From the NCBI GenBank assembly GCA_038245295.1, contig JBBRSP010000016.1, positions 54,327 through 118,326 of the forward strand: DNA of 64,000 nt, in the 5' to 3' direction. Shown here piece after piece: positions 9,105-19,257 of the stretch. The notes under the pieces are model-generated. The model searched no databases. It worked only from the letters and a program-made list of their open reading frames with translations, and was not told the DNA's origin. This DNA comes from Candidatus Binatia bacterium (GTDB taxonomy: Bacteria; Desulfobacterota; Binatia; HRBIN30). The position numbers and the translations under genes were made by a program. The stretch's first letter is position 1. The number at the start of each line of letters is the position of its first letter.

Positions 9105-10787
9105 TCATTTCCAGCCTTCAACGAGCAGCAACGGCAGATTCTCCCAGGCGTTGATCGGTCCAACATCCGGAAGGGGCACCTTCAGGCGGTCTCGGCCGTG
9201 GGCGGCGATCAGGCTACCGAACTGCAGTTCCCAGTTTTGGAGGTAGATGCCGGCGGACACGCGGCCAATCTCTCGCGGCAGCGGGTCCAGCGGCTGGCCC
9301 GCCACCGGTACTTCCGGGACTCCGACGATCCACACCTTCCCCCCACGCCGAAGAGTAGCCTCCACACGTGCCAGGTCGGGCTCGACAGCCGCCTCTCCCG
9401 CCTTCATCTTCTCCGCCACCAGATGATGTCGATGAAACTTGTGCTCTTCAAAATCCGGGATCGTGATCCACGCAGCTCGTCCACGATAGTAGCGCTGGAA
9501 GGTGATCCCACAGTACCAGGGGAAGACCACGATAAGATCATCGGGCCGCGCGCTCACGTTCAGCTCGGCGGCAATCACATCAAGGTTGGTAAGGCGCACG
9601 TTCAGCGTCTCCCAAACGGCCGGTATTGCCATCAGCAAACCTAGAACCACCAACCCGACGCGGCCGTGTTCCCCCCAAGGTATGCGTTGGACCAAGGAGC
9701 GAACGCCGATCTCGCAAGCCAGTGCACTCACGATGATCACCGATAGGTAGTGCCAATACTGCGTCGGTATACGCAGCTGCCCATAGATCGCGAACGTGAC
9801 GACGAAGCCAAGCGACCACGACAGCAGCGTGTACAGCAAGCGATCGAGCTCTTTTTCGGTCGCGGGAGAATAGAGACCAACAACAAATCCGGCGACGGCA
9901 ATGGTGGCCGCGATCGCCCAGGCGACGCTCAAACCCAGGGCGCCGGGGCCCAACGAATGCCCGAACACCTGCAACAGCCAACCATAGCTCCAGTAGTGCG
10001 CCTGCTCGATCGGAGCGGCCGACGCGAAGGCACGCAGCGTCGGCACATTTATGCCGAACAACAACACGGACGTGATCGTACCCAGGGCAATCAGCATCCG
10101 GAGAACCGGCCAGTCACGTCGACGTAGACAGACGACCGCCGCGGCAACCCCGATTGCCGCGAACAAGACGCAGTTCGCGAAGGAGACTTGCGTCGCCACC
10201 AGCGCCGCCAATTGGGCAACCAGGAAGCGGCGCCGATCAGGCCGCTCGAGCAACGCCCACGTCGCTCCGAACGACCAGGCGATGCCGAGCGCCGCGATTC
10301 CGTAACCGCGCACCTCGTCGCCATAGAGGACGATCGATGGGCTGAGACCACACAGCAGCAGCGAAACCAGAGGCGGCCCGATCCCCAGGCGCCAGCCGGT
10401 CCACCAGAGCACCCCAATCGTCATCAACCCAATGAGCAACCCGAATCGCCGCAGACCGGCGTCGGTGTCGCCGAGTCCGGCATCGGTCCAAAGACGAAGG
10501 AGCGCCGCCCAACCGAGCGGAAACGAGTCGAGGCCCAGATTGGCCACAACCTCCGTGAAGGTGGGCATCTGCACCAGGTTGACGCTGTTGACCTCATCGC
10601 GCCAAAGACCGCCGACATGCCGATGACTGTGGATGTGCAACGCGACCAGCGCCAGCGTCATCAGGATACCGGCGGCCAACGCAAGGCGGGCGTCGAGACT
10701 ACGCTGCACCGGGTTCTCGTCTGGCTGAGTTGGCAGCGCGGACCCGCCGATCCGAGAAAGTTGGCGGCGGCACCAAAGCCCCGTCAA
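9105..10787 (-). CDS. GT-C fold membrane glycosyltransferase-like protein (GT39/ArnT-like)
   Basis: LWRDE motif in first loop, EVRGY motif, about 11 hydrophobic segments and a soluble C-terminal domain. Confidence 0.65.
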   Translation of the reverse strand: MTGLWCRRQLSRIGGSALPTQPDENPVQRSLDARLALAAGILMTLALVALHIHSHRHVGGLWRDEVNSVNLVQMPTFTEVVANLGLDSFPLGWAALLRLWTDAGLGDTDAGLRRFGLLIGLMTIGVLWWTGWRLGIGPPLVSLLLCGLSPSIVLYGDEVRGYGIAALGIAWSFGATWALLERPDRRRFLVAQLAALVATQVSFANCVLFAAIGVAAAVVCLRRRDWPVLRMLIALGTITSVLLFGINVPTLRAFASAAPIEQAHYWSYGWLLQVFGHSLGPGALGLSVAWAIAATIAVAGFVVGLYSPATEKELDRLLYTLLSWSLGFVVTFAIYGQLRIPTQYWHYLSVIIVSALACEIGVRSLVQRIPWGEHGRVGLVVLGLLMAIPAVWETLNVRLTNLDVIAAELNVSARPDDLIVVFPWYCGITFQRYYRGRAAWITIPDFEEHKFHRHHLVAEKMKAGEAAVEPDLARVEATLRRGGKVWIVGVPEVPVAGQPLDPLPREIGRVSAGIYLQNWELQFGSLIAAHGRDRLKVPLPDVGPINAWENLPLLLVEGWK

Positions 10788-10897
10788 AATGATTCATGCC
10801 AGACGCCGTCGGGGCTCAGCTCCGAAAAACTGTCGGCACGGGATGAGAGACATAGCCGCCGGTTCTTGCACGAATCACCCTACCATCGCAATTTCTT

Positions 10898-10999
10898 GGT
10901 AGTGTCTCAATTTGGGATCCACACCCACCGATGGGTTCTAATCGGAGCGATGGGATCCACCACCCGCCAGCCGCCAACAGGTCAAACTGAGACACCACC
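10898..10999. mobile_element. 102-bp MITE with 17-bp terminal inverted repeats and 9-bp target duplication
   Basis: Left end GGTAGTGTCTCAATTTG (10898-10914), right end CAAACTGAGACACCACC (10983-10999), 15/17 complementary; CAATTTCTT at 10889-10897 and 11000-11008. Confidence 0.8.
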
Positions 11000-11094
11000 C
11001 AATTTCTTGGCGAGTTCCCTGCTCGGCGCCTAAAAACCTAGGCATATGCCTGGGCGCATAGTATTGGGAGGATCTAGTTCGCAGGAAAGGGCCC

Positions 11095-13131
11095 ATGAAT
11101 CGTCCGATCTCGATCTTCTTGGGGGACATGCTTCACCCCAGCAATCAGAACAAAACATTTCCCTATGCGGGCGGATGCGTCGGCGCCTACGTGGCCGAGG
11201 CGCTTGGTGATCGTGTCGTAGTTGAAGTGTTCCGTTCCCCGGAAGACATGGATGCCGCCTTCCAGCGTTGCCAACCCGACATCATCGGCTTCAGCAACTA
11301 CCTATGGACCCTCGAGCTTACCTACGAAGTCATCCGTCGCCTCAAGGCAAAGATGCCAAACGTCCCCGTCATCATGGGCGGCCCGAATTACCCAACCGAC
11401 GCGGCGGATCAGCGGGCGTTTCTGACGCGCTACTCTCTGGTCGATTTCTACGTGGTGAAGGAGGGTGAGGCGCCGTTCCTGGCGCTCATCGAGCAGCTTC
11501 TGGAGCTCAGGCTCGACGGCGCCGTATTCAAGGAGCAGCGCCGTACAATTCCCGCCGTCCACTATCTTATCAACGAGGATTTCGTCGCTCCGCCACCGGC
11601 GCCACGGCAGCGCGACCTCGACGCCTTTCCTTCGGCGTATTTGAGTGGTCTGCTCGACAAGTTTTTCACGCGCCACGACCTCACGCCATTGATCCAAACC
11701 AAACGTGGTTGTCCGTTTCAGTGCACGTTCTGCGTCGAGGGCGAGGACTACTACACCAAGGTCGGTTCGGTGACCACGACGCGTTTTCGCGCCGAGTTGG
11801 AATACATCGCCAGCCGAATGGCTAACGGCTCGCCGTTGCTGCAGATCGCCGATTCGAATTTCGGCATGTTCGAACACGACCTCGAAGTATGCGACGTCAT
11901 CGCCGAGGTGCGTGACACGTACGGCTGGCCACAAACCATCGAGGTATCAACCGGGAAAAATCGCAAGGAACGCGTCCTCGAGGCGGTACGCCGCACCAAA
12001 GGCGCCATGCGGTTTGGTCCGGCGCTGCAAACCACCGATCGCCAAACCCTGCAGAATATCAAACGCTCCAACATTTCCGAAACCGTCCTGATCGAGATGG
12101 CGAGCGCGGCAAAAGATTCCGACCAGCGATCCTATACGGAACTGATCCTCAATTTGCCGGGCGATACGATCGCCTCGCACCTGACTTCGATTCGCGCCGC
12201 GATGGAAGCCGGGATGCAACGGATCAAAATGTATCCCCTGATGCTGCTCCCCGGCACGGAGATGGCCTCCGAGGAGTCGCGCCGCGAATTCGGCATTGAG
12301 ACACGCTTCCGTGTCTTGCCGACGTGTTACGGCAACTACACGTTCCTTGGCGAGACGTTTCCAAGCGTCGAGATCGCCGAGTTGGTCGTCGCCACCAATT
12401 CCATGAACTTCGCCGACTATCTGCACTGCAAGCGCTTCGAGCTATCGGTGGAGATCTTCTACAACGACATCTACCTCGAAGAGATCCACGGCCTGGCACG
12501 CGCGCTCAATCTACCGATGTTCACCTTCGTCGAGCGCTGCCATGCCCAGTTCGACAGCTTCCCGGCGGAGCTCAAAGAGGTCTACAGCGCCCTCGAGCAC
12601 GGCGTCTGCGACAATCTCTTCGACTCGCGCGACGCTTGCCTCGAGCATTTCCGCGATCCGGACCATCTGCTTCGCTATGCGCGCGAGGAATACAAGAACA
12701 GCCTCGGCGCTTTGAAGGCGATCGCCCTGGTGGAGCATATCGAGCCGCTGTTGGTGATCGCCCGCCGGGCCTTCTGGGAGTGTATGGAAGCAGCAGGACT
12801 GGGGCAGCCGTCCCTCGCCGAGTACCTCGATGAGCTCATCGAATACAGCCGCCTGCGACGCCGCCAGATCCTCGACATCGAAGTCGAGCCGGAAGGAACG
12901 TTCCAGTTTGCCTTCGACCAGATCGGTGAACGCGCGTTCCGCGTCGATCCGCGCGACTTCCGCCTGCGGCAGCCGCAACGCATGCGCTTCTGGCACGACG
13001 AGGCGCAAGCCCGCGACTTGCGGCGACTGCGCAGCGACGTATCCAATCCGATCCTACGGGCCCGCTCATTCATCTACCCGGCCACCGATCCGGGCGTGAA
13101 CCCGTATCTGCGTCACGCACGTTTCTGCTGA
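11095..13131 (+). CDS. Cobalamin-binding radical SAM protein (678 aa)
   Basis: PDIIGFSNYLW, GGPN, EGE in B12-binding region; KRGCPFQCTFC; ADSNFG; LLPGTEM. Confidence 0.88.
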   Translation: MNRPISIFLGDMLHPSNQNKTFPYAGGCVGAYVAEALGDRVVVEVFRSPEDMDAAFQRCQPDIIGFSNYLWTLELTYEVIRRLKAKMPNVPVIMGGPNYPTDAADQRAFLTRYSLVDFYVVKEGEAPFLALIEQLLELRLDGAVFKEQRRTIPAVHYLINEDFVAPPPAPRQRDLDAFPSAYLSGLLDKFFTRHDLTPLIQTKRGCPFQCTFCVEGEDYYTKVGSVTTTRFRAELEYIASRMANGSPLLQIADSNFGMFEHDLEVCDVIAEVRDTYGWPQTIEVSTGKNRKERVLEAVRRTKGAMRFGPALQTTDRQTLQNIKRSNISETVLIEMASAAKDSDQRSYTELILNLPGDTIASHLTSIRAAMEAGMQRIKMYPLMLLPGTEMASEESRREFGIETRFRVLPTCYGNYTFLGETFPSVEIAELVVATNSMNFADYLHCKRFELSVEIFYNDIYLEEIHGLARALNLPMFTFVERCHAQFDSFPAELKEVYSALEHGVCDNLFDSRDACLEHFRDPDHLLRYAREEYKNSLGALKAIALVEHIEPLLVIARRAFWECMEAAGLGQPSLAEYLDELIEYSRLRRRQILDIEVEPEGTFQFAFDQIGERAFRVDPRDFRLRQPQRMRFWHDEAQARDLRRLRSDVSNPILRARSFIYPATDPGVNPYLRHARFC

Positions 13132-14132
13132 TCGAGACGCATGTGGAAGCTTGCCGCCGAACGCAAGCACTGGTGCCCGAGCTTGCCGAACACGTTGATG
13201 CTCTGAATGGTCGACGTCTGGGTTTCATTCTCCAGATAACTGGCGCCGAGCGGGCGCGTCGCCGCACACTCCTTCTGTAGGGCGGTGAACAAGCCGCGAT
13301 AGCCCGGCAACGTTCCGCCGATGCCGCGACCGACGATGCGAACGCCAGCCGCCTCCGACAAATCGGGCATGATCATCATCGTGTGGAAAGCAACGATCTC
13401 CGCGCCGTCGCGCACGACCAGAAGCACGTCGGCCCATTCACCGGTCAGCGCCTTCTGCGTCCACACTTGATAGATTCCTAGAGCCCGCTCATGCGGCACG
13501 CCGCGATCAAACACATATGGGCCGCGATCAAAGGCCGTGGCCGTCCAGGCGTATAGCCGTTGCCAGGACGAGGGATCGATATCGGCAATCGCAGGCTTCT
13601 CGATTAACTCGATGCGCAGCCCGCTCGGCAAATCATGCGGTGCACGTTGCCCCGTGAGGGCCTGCATCCAGGAGATCTTGGTCCCGACGTAAAACGCTCC
13701 GAGTTGCTGCAGCGCCCACCAGGCAGTGCGATCGTGCGTCGAAGTGACCGCCGAGAAATGTTGAAACCGGCGCTCACGAAGAATTTCGCAAGCCGCTCCG
13801 TAGAGAGCTTGCAAGGGTTCCAGCCTTGCTTCTTCGTCGGCACTCGCCAATGGCGGCTCGATCTTGGCCATCGACAGGCCGAAGTGTTGTGACTCGAAGT
13901 GCCGCCGACCGATTTGCAGGGCCGCCAACGCTTGCCCGCCGGCATCACGCGCCACCAGTACACTCTGCGCGCTGCCGGCATCACGCCAAGCCCGCCGATG
14001 CACTGTCAGGGCGCCCCCATCGCGGACCATGGGCGCAAAGTTCATGTAGGTTAGATAGGGCTCCCGCGGCAGCAATGCGTCCAGTGCTTCCTCCAGGAGA
14101 GCGCCTTGCTCCAGCGCCACGCGTATCGGCAT
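13113..14132 (-). CDS. GNAT-fold acyltransferase, WecD/RffC-like
   Basis: FESQHFG, IYQVWTQKALTG and PGYRGLF...ETQTSTIQS resemble TDP-fucosamine acetyltransferase; lies just downstream of a DegT aminotransferase. Confidence 0.6.
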   Translation of the reverse strand: MPIRVALEQGALLEEALDALLPREPYLTYMNFAPMVRDGGALTVHRRAWRDAGSAQSVLVARDAGGQALAALQIGRRHFESQHFGLSMAKIEPPLASADEEARLEPLQALYGAACEILRERRFQHFSAVTSTHDRTAWWALQQLGAFYVGTKISWMQALTGQRAPHDLPSGLRIELIEKPAIADIDPSSWQRLYAWTATAFDRGPYVFDRGVPHERALGIYQVWTQKALTGEWADVLLVVRDGAEIVAFHTMMIMPDLSEAAGVRIVGRGIGGTLPGYRGLFTALQKECAATRPLGASYLENETQTSTIQSINVFGKLGHQCLRSAASFHMRLDQQKRA

Positions 14133-14273
14133 CGCGGCGAGCTATACATTCGCGCCAGACACGGGGGAAGAGGCAGCGGACGATCGATTCGCTCGCCCGC
14201 TTTTCTCACCGAGTCGCTTAACGACAGCACCGAGTGTGCATCGGATCAGGGCTCGCGCAGCGATGACACAGGG

Positions 14274-15473
14274 CTAGCGCCGGTAATACAGAAGAATCCG
14301 CCGCAGCGCGGCGATGACGTCGTCGTGGTCGGCGTCCGACATCGCCGGATACAGTGGCAGGGATAGGATGCGCGACGACGCATCGTTCGCCACCGGCGTG
14401 TGGGCGCGCGTTTCTCCCTCGACATCCTGGAAGTAGCGTTGCGTCGTCAAGGAGCGGAAATGCACGCCCACCCCGATATTGTCGGCAAGCAGCGCTTCGA
14501 GAAGCTGATCGCGGGACAAACGCAGGGCGCCGAGATCGAGCAGCACAGGGAAGAGATGTGCCGCGGTCTGCGACTCGGCCGGACCGGACACGCAAGTCAG
14601 CTCCGGACGATCGGCAAACGCCGCGCGATACCGCGCATCGAGATCACGCCGGCGCGCCAGGAAGGCGGGGAGTTTCTTCAATTGCTCGATGCCGAGGGCG
14701 GCGCCGATGTCGCTCATGTTGTACTTCCACCCGGCAGACACCGCCTCCCAGTGACGATAGCTCTTGCCGATGCGCTGACTGGCATCGACGTCGATGCCCT
14801 GCAGCCGCTCGCGCCGCATGCGTTCGACGAACTCGGGGTGGCTTGTTGTGATCATGCCACCCTCCCCCGTCGTGATGTTCTTGGTGGCGTAGAAACTGAA
14901 GACTGCCGCGTCGCCGAGCGCACCGGCGGCAACGCCGTGGTAGGTCGCGCCCAGAGCGTGCGCCGCGTCTTCGATCAACCGCGCTCCCGCCTGAGCGGCG
15001 ATCTGTCGCAGGGCGTTCATCTCGGAAGGCCATCCGGCGAACTGTACCGGCAGGATGACTCGCGTACGCGGCGTGATCGCCTCTTGCACGCGTGCCGGGT
15101 CGAGCGTCAGTTGGTCGGGTAACACGTCGGCGAATACCGGGCGGGCGGCACAGTGCAAGATGGCGTTCGCCGTGGCGGGAAACGTAATCGGCGACGTGAT
15201 GACTTCGTCGCCAGGCCCCACCCCGGCGGCACGTAACGCCAGATGCAACCCGGCTGTGCAGGACGACACGGCGATGGCGTGCGGCACACCAACAAACGCC
15301 GCGAATTCGCGTTCGAACCTGTCACTGCGCGGGCCGGTCCCGAGCCAACCGGAGCGCAACACCTCGACGACCGCGCGCTCCTCTTCTTCGCCAAGCTGCG
15401 GTCGGGCGAAAGCCAGCAGCGACTCTCGCACCGGCGCGCCGCCTGCCATTGCCGGGATGTCGTTCCGACCCAT
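14274..15473 (-). CDS. DegT/DnrJ/EryC1/StrS PLP-dependent sugar aminotransferase
   Basis: AVSSCTAGLHLAL, GDEVIT, EDAAHALG, FSFYATKNITTGEGG, LSLPLYP. Confidence 0.95.
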   Translation of the reverse strand: MGRNDIPAMAGGAPVRESLLAFARPQLGEEEERAVVEVLRSGWLGTGPRSDRFEREFAAFVGVPHAIAVSSCTAGLHLALRAAGVGPGDEVITSPITFPATANAILHCAARPVFADVLPDQLTLDPARVQEAITPRTRVILPVQFAGWPSEMNALRQIAAQAGARLIEDAAHALGATYHGVAAGALGDAAVFSFYATKNITTGEGGMITTSHPEFVERMRRERLQGIDVDASQRIGKSYRHWEAVSAGWKYNMSDIGAALGIEQLKKLPAFLARRRDLDARYRAAFADRPELTCVSGPAESQTAAHLFPVLLDLGALRLSRDQLLEALLADNIGVGVHFRSLTTQRYFQDVEGETRAHTPVANDASSRILSLPLYPAMSDADHDDVIAALRRILLYYRR

Positions 15474-15503
15474 CGATTCGATCTCCTTGTTGCAGCCGTG
15501 CGG

Positions 15504-16313
15504 TCAGGCGCGCCAGAAGCGCATTTCGAGGGAAATGCGGGTGAGATTGTGGTTGAAGTTCCGCGCCCCGCCATGGATGAGATACGGCGAGAATACCAGG
15601 CAGTGATCGTCCGGCACGTCGGGCCGCTCGAGCGCCACCGGGCGGCGCGCGCCGGTTACGGCGGGAACCGTGTAGACACGTGCATCGGCGGTCGCCCCAC
15701 CCAGCGTGCGCTCGATGTCCGACTCCGGCCAGTGATGACTGGCAGCGACAAGTGGCAGAGACGACAGAGCATTCGAGCCAAACAAGGGAGCGTAGATGTT
15801 GATCGCGTCGCGCAAGCGATCGATCCAGACGTCACGGTGCGGCGGATTGTTGTCGGTCGAACCCGGTCGCACGATGCGAAAAGCACCGTACGCGGCCCCC
15901 AGGTGCGGTGAGAATGCCGTGACCCGCATGCCACACACATCGCTGACGGCATCTTCAATCTCTGCCACAGGGACCGGGCCGCCGGCTGCTTCAAAGCCGC
16001 GCCGCACCCCTTCGACAAACGCATGGTGCAGCGCCGGTTCGAGCGCGGCGATCTCGTGATAGCGGGTCCATTCGACCGGCGCGCCGACATACCCGAGTGC
16101 GCGCAATTGCTGTTCAAGAAACGCAGCGACGTCACGGCGCATCTTGGCGCGCGAATCTGCCGTCAGGAAAGGTTCGACGGTGTATCCGATCGCCGACCAG
16201 GGCTGCCCCGCCGTGAGATCATCGTCGTTGTCGAGGAGCACCACCTCGGCGCCGTATCCTCTTGGTCCGTCGCCGATATCCGGCAACTCTTCACCATTGA
16301 GGATCCAACGCAT
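15504..16313 (-). CDS. Putative Fe(II)/2OG dioxygenase (PhyH-like)
   Basis: HxD in PPHRDVW, SLPLVAASH, distal His in YLIHGGARN and RISLEMR. Confidence 0.65.
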   Translation of the reverse strand: MRWILNGEELPDIGDGPRGYGAEVVLLDNDDDLTAGQPWSAIGYTVEPFLTADSRAKMRRDVAAFLEQQLRALGYVGAPVEWTRYHEIAALEPALHHAFVEGVRRGFEAAGGPVPVAEIEDAVSDVCGMRVTAFSPHLGAAYGAFRIVRPGSTDNNPPHRDVWIDRLRDAINIYAPLFGSNALSSLPLVAASHHWPESDIERTLGGATADARVYTVPAVTGARRPVALERPDVPDDHCLVFSPYLIHGGARNFNHNLTRISLEMRFWRA

Positions 16314-16362
16314 GAGAACGCAGTACCACAGCGTTCAATTGCCCAGCAACGGGCGACGCCGC

Positions 16363-17370
16363 TCAACCATAGGAGCGCAGCCCCTCGATGGCCGCAGTCA
16401 GCGGGCGTTTGAAAAGCATATTGAACTCGAGCATCGGACCAACCGTGCAAACGGTGCACGGCGTCTCACGATTCCAGGTGCGGCGCCAATCGTCGGCCAA
16501 CAGGTCCACCGACACCGTCGTACCCTTGGTGTACGCGCAGGGGTATGCGTGGCCCAGCGGGTCGACATAGATGTAGCCGTGTCCGGCGGGACAACGCTCG
16601 TTCGGATCCTTGTACGCCGAAACCGAGAAGTCTTCCCAACGCGATAGATACTCGAGGTAAGGCGTTGAGCTGACAATCGGCCGCCCTTTGCGTTTCTCCT
16701 CGAGGAGATGTTGCCAAAAGGCACGGAACTGTTGGTTCGAAATCGTCGTGTCGATGGCGCCGCGAACGATTTCCGTATCCACGCATTGCGGCTGGAAGTG
16801 CATCCGGAAGCCGATGGTCTCGGCTTGTTGCAGCAGGTACTCGGCTTGCGCCAGACTGTGCTGGGTGACGACACAGATGGCGATGACGGGTTTGCCGCTG
16901 CGCAGCAACTGGGTGATGCTCTCCATGACCCCCTCGTACGCATGAGCGCCGCGCGCCGCGACATGGGCCGCCGCATCGCCATCCAGGCTGGTGTACACGA
17001 GGTCTGCCTGCGCCAGACGCTCGGGATGCCGAGCAAACAGAGTGAGATTCGAGTTGACGCTCACGTAGAACTTTTGGCGCTTGGCCAGATCGATGATTTC
17101 ACCCAGGTCGGCGCGCAGCAGAGGTTCGCCTCCCGCGATACCTAGGCGACGGATGCCCATTTCCCTCAATCGCTCGAAGAGAACGGCGATGCGATCAAGT
17201 CCGAGGTTCTTTGGATCGATGAAGGGACAGTTGCAGTACTCGCAGCGCAGATTGCAGCGGTTCGTAACGACGAAGGTGGCGGAAAACGGCCGTGGTGCGC
17301 CATCAACCATGTACGAAAGTAGACTCGTCGCGTACGAGTAGCCGACCGCGAGTTTCTCACCCAACAGCAC
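16363..17370 (-). CDS. Radical SAM protein with SPASM/twitch-type C-terminus
   Basis: TNRCNLRCEYC, GGEPLLR, SLDG, C-terminal CPAG...PC...CTVC. Confidence 0.9.
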   Translation of the reverse strand: MLLGEKLAVGYSYATSLLSYMVDGAPRPFSATFVVTNRCNLRCEYCNCPFIDPKNLGLDRIAVLFERLREMGIRRLGIAGGEPLLRADLGEIIDLAKRQKFYVSVNSNLTLFARHPERLAQADLVYTSLDGDAAAHVAARGAHAYEGVMESITQLLRSGKPVIAICVVTQHSLAQAEYLLQQAETIGFRMHFQPQCVDTEIVRGAIDTTISNQQFRAFWQHLLEEKRKGRPIVSSTPYLEYLSRWEDFSVSAYKDPNERCPAGHGYIYVDPLGHAYPCAYTKGTTVSVDLLADDWRRTWNRETPCTVCTVGPMLEFNMLFKRPLTAAIEGLRSYG

Positions 17371-18226
17371 TGGTAGTCCCCAGCAGGTAGAGCCACAGGA
17401 CGCCGAAGTACGCCTTCGTCAGCAGCCATCCCGTGCGCGCATTGCTGAACGAGAAGTAAATCACCAACGGGACAAATGCCGTGGTCGCCCACGCCGAACC
17501 GACGGGCTCGCGCAGGGCCATGTACAGAAAGAGCGTCAACGCCGCGAGTACAGTCGCGGACAGCCCAGCGGATCGTACGGCGGTGGTGGTAATCAAATTC
17601 GCAGCATCCGCGGCACGATCGCCAAGCGTCTGGTAGAGATGGCAAACCGCCGTCATCAATCCCACGAGAAGAAGCTCCGATGACGAGGAGCTCACAATCG
17701 CCGCATAGACAGCACCCCAGAGGCCGCACCAGACAACATCCATGACGGCGACACCCTTGAGCTTCGTCGAGTAGAGAATATTGACGAGCATGACCCCGGC
17801 AACCGCTGCCGCGGCACGAAGGTCGAGGGTGACGTAAGCGGCGACGACCGTCAGGAGCTTCAAGGTCAGGACTACCACTCCGGACAGCCAGCGATGCGCC
17901 AAATAGATCGAGACAACCTCTTGATCCTTCTTCGGATTGTTCGAATCCGTCGGGGCGTCGTACAGATCATTGAAGGCGTACATGAGAGCAATCGCCAACA
18001 GCGAAATGAGTATCTGTGTGATCTCTCGCGATGCGATCAATCCACCCTTCAGAATCAGCGAAACATTGATCGCGAATAAAGCCCCTTCGCCCCCACGCGC
18101 GCGATGCAACGTCGACGCAGCACCCGCCCACAACAACTCGCTCACGGCAGTCGCGCTCGTCGACAAACTCACCCGTCCAGGCACGGTCGTGCTGTCGTCG
18201 GCTGGAATCGTTTCCGAAGGGGGCAT
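17357..18226 (-). CDS. UbiA family prenyltransferase
   Basis: NDLYDAPTDSNNPKK, YSTKLK, second acidic motif GDRAAD; multiple TM helices; overlaps downstream radical SAM gene. Confidence 0.8.
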   Translation of the reverse strand: MPPSETIPADDSTTVPGRVSLSTSATAVSELLWAGAASTLHRARGGEGALFAINVSLILKGGLIASREITQILISLLAIALMYAFNDLYDAPTDSNNPKKDQEVVSIYLAHRWLSGVVVLTLKLLTVVAAYVTLDLRAAAAVAGVMLVNILYSTKLKGVAVMDVVWCGLWGAVYAAIVSSSSSELLLVGLMTAVCHLYQTLGDRAADAANLITTTAVRSAGLSATVLAALTLFLYMALREPVGSAWATTAFVPLVIYFSFSNARTGWLLTKAYFGVLWLYLLGTTSAVG

Positions 18227-18300
18227 TTGAGGGTCAGTAGCACGCGCTGTAAGCGTCAGGCAACGAAGATCGGGGCAGCGCTGCCGCGCCTGCCTGAGCC

Positions 18301-19182
18301 GTGATTGACAAACCCCAGACCTCGTTCCAATGCTCCGGACGAATGCTGCAATCGTCTGAAGCGCTGCCTTTGCCCGTCACGCCTGCCGATCTCCACGTAG
18401 AGGAGTTGGAACGTCTCCCCGCCCCCGACAAAGACGAGTTCGAGCGTGATTTCTTGCGCCGCCGTCGGCCGGCCGTTTTCACTGGCATGACCGATGGCTG
18501 GGCTCCGCCGGCGCAATGGACGTTGGACTCTATGGCAAGGAAGTTTGGGGCGGCGCGTGTTGTCGCCGCGGTCCTCAGTCAGGGGACGCTGTTCGATGAT
18601 CCGGCCACGGGAGTTGTCTTTCGCCACATCTCCCTGGGTGAATTCATTGCGTCCCTGGCCGATGCCAAGACGGCCAGCCACTACGTCATGGCCCCAACCT
18701 GGAACTTCCCGCCCAGTTTTCAAAATGATTTTCGGGTTCCGCCCTATTGCGTCGGCGCGCCGCACTACCGGGCCAAGGTCTGGGTCGGCAAAGCTGGGAC
18801 CGTCACGCCGGTGCACTATGACATCCCGCACAACCTGCACGTTCACCTGACCGGCCGTAAACGTTGGCTCTTGTTCCCACCGGGTCGCGGCAGGATGTAT
18901 CCGCGCGGGCTGCTTTCGGGCATGCCGAACTTCTCGGAAGTGAACCCGGAGAATCCCGACTACGATCGCCATCCGCGTCTGCGCGAAGTTACGGCGCTCG
19001 GAGCCACACTCGAGGCCGGTGAAACGTTGTTCATCCCGCACGGCTGGTGGCACCACGCGCGCTCGCTCGACGATATCGTGTCGATGAATTTCTGGTGGGG
19101 CGGCCAGGTGGTGCAGCTGGCGTCACTGGCGTCAACCACCTTCAAGCGTCTGCGACGCATTCGCCGCGACGAGTGGGGCTAA
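18301..19182 (+). CDS. JmjC / cupin_8 Fe/2OG oxygenase
   Basis: VWVG...TPVHYD, GRKRWLLFPP, LEAGETLFIPHGWWH, SMNFWW. Confidence 0.9.
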   Translation: MIDKPQTSFQCSGRMLQSSEALPLPVTPADLHVEELERLPAPDKDEFERDFLRRRRPAVFTGMTDGWAPPAQWTLDSMARKFGAARVVAAVLSQGTLFDDPATGVVFRHISLGEFIASLADAKTASHYVMAPTWNFPPSFQNDFRVPPYCVGAPHYRAKVWVGKAGTVTPVHYDIPHNLHVHLTGRKRWLLFPPGRGRMYPRGLLSGMPNFSEVNPENPDYDRHPRLREVTALGATLEAGETLFIPHGWWHHARSLDDIVSMNFWWGGQVVQLASLASTTFKRLRRIRRDEWG

Positions 19183-19188
19183 ACCCCC

Positions 19189-19243
19189 GTAGGGCATTTG
19201 CGTCGGCGGTCGGGGTGAACACGCCAGACGCACCACGCCCTAC
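19189..19243. repeat. GTAG-type inverted repeat between convergent genes (REP-like; possible bidirectional terminator)
   Basis: GTAGGGC...TGCGTC(G)GCG pairs with CGCCAGACGCA...GCCCTAC. Confidence 0.45.
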
Positions 19244-19257
19244 CCCTATCAGGGTTG

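Noticed and set aside
5433..13131. Calling either B12 radical SAM a hopanoid methylase (hpnP/hpnR) or other named enzyme
   Set aside because: No hopanoid genes in the window and no subfamily-diagnostic motif I can verify by eye.
8123..15473. arn (L-Ara4N lipid A modification) operon
   Set aside because: ArnB-, ArnC- and ArnT-like families are present but not co-oriented, and arnA/arnD are absent.
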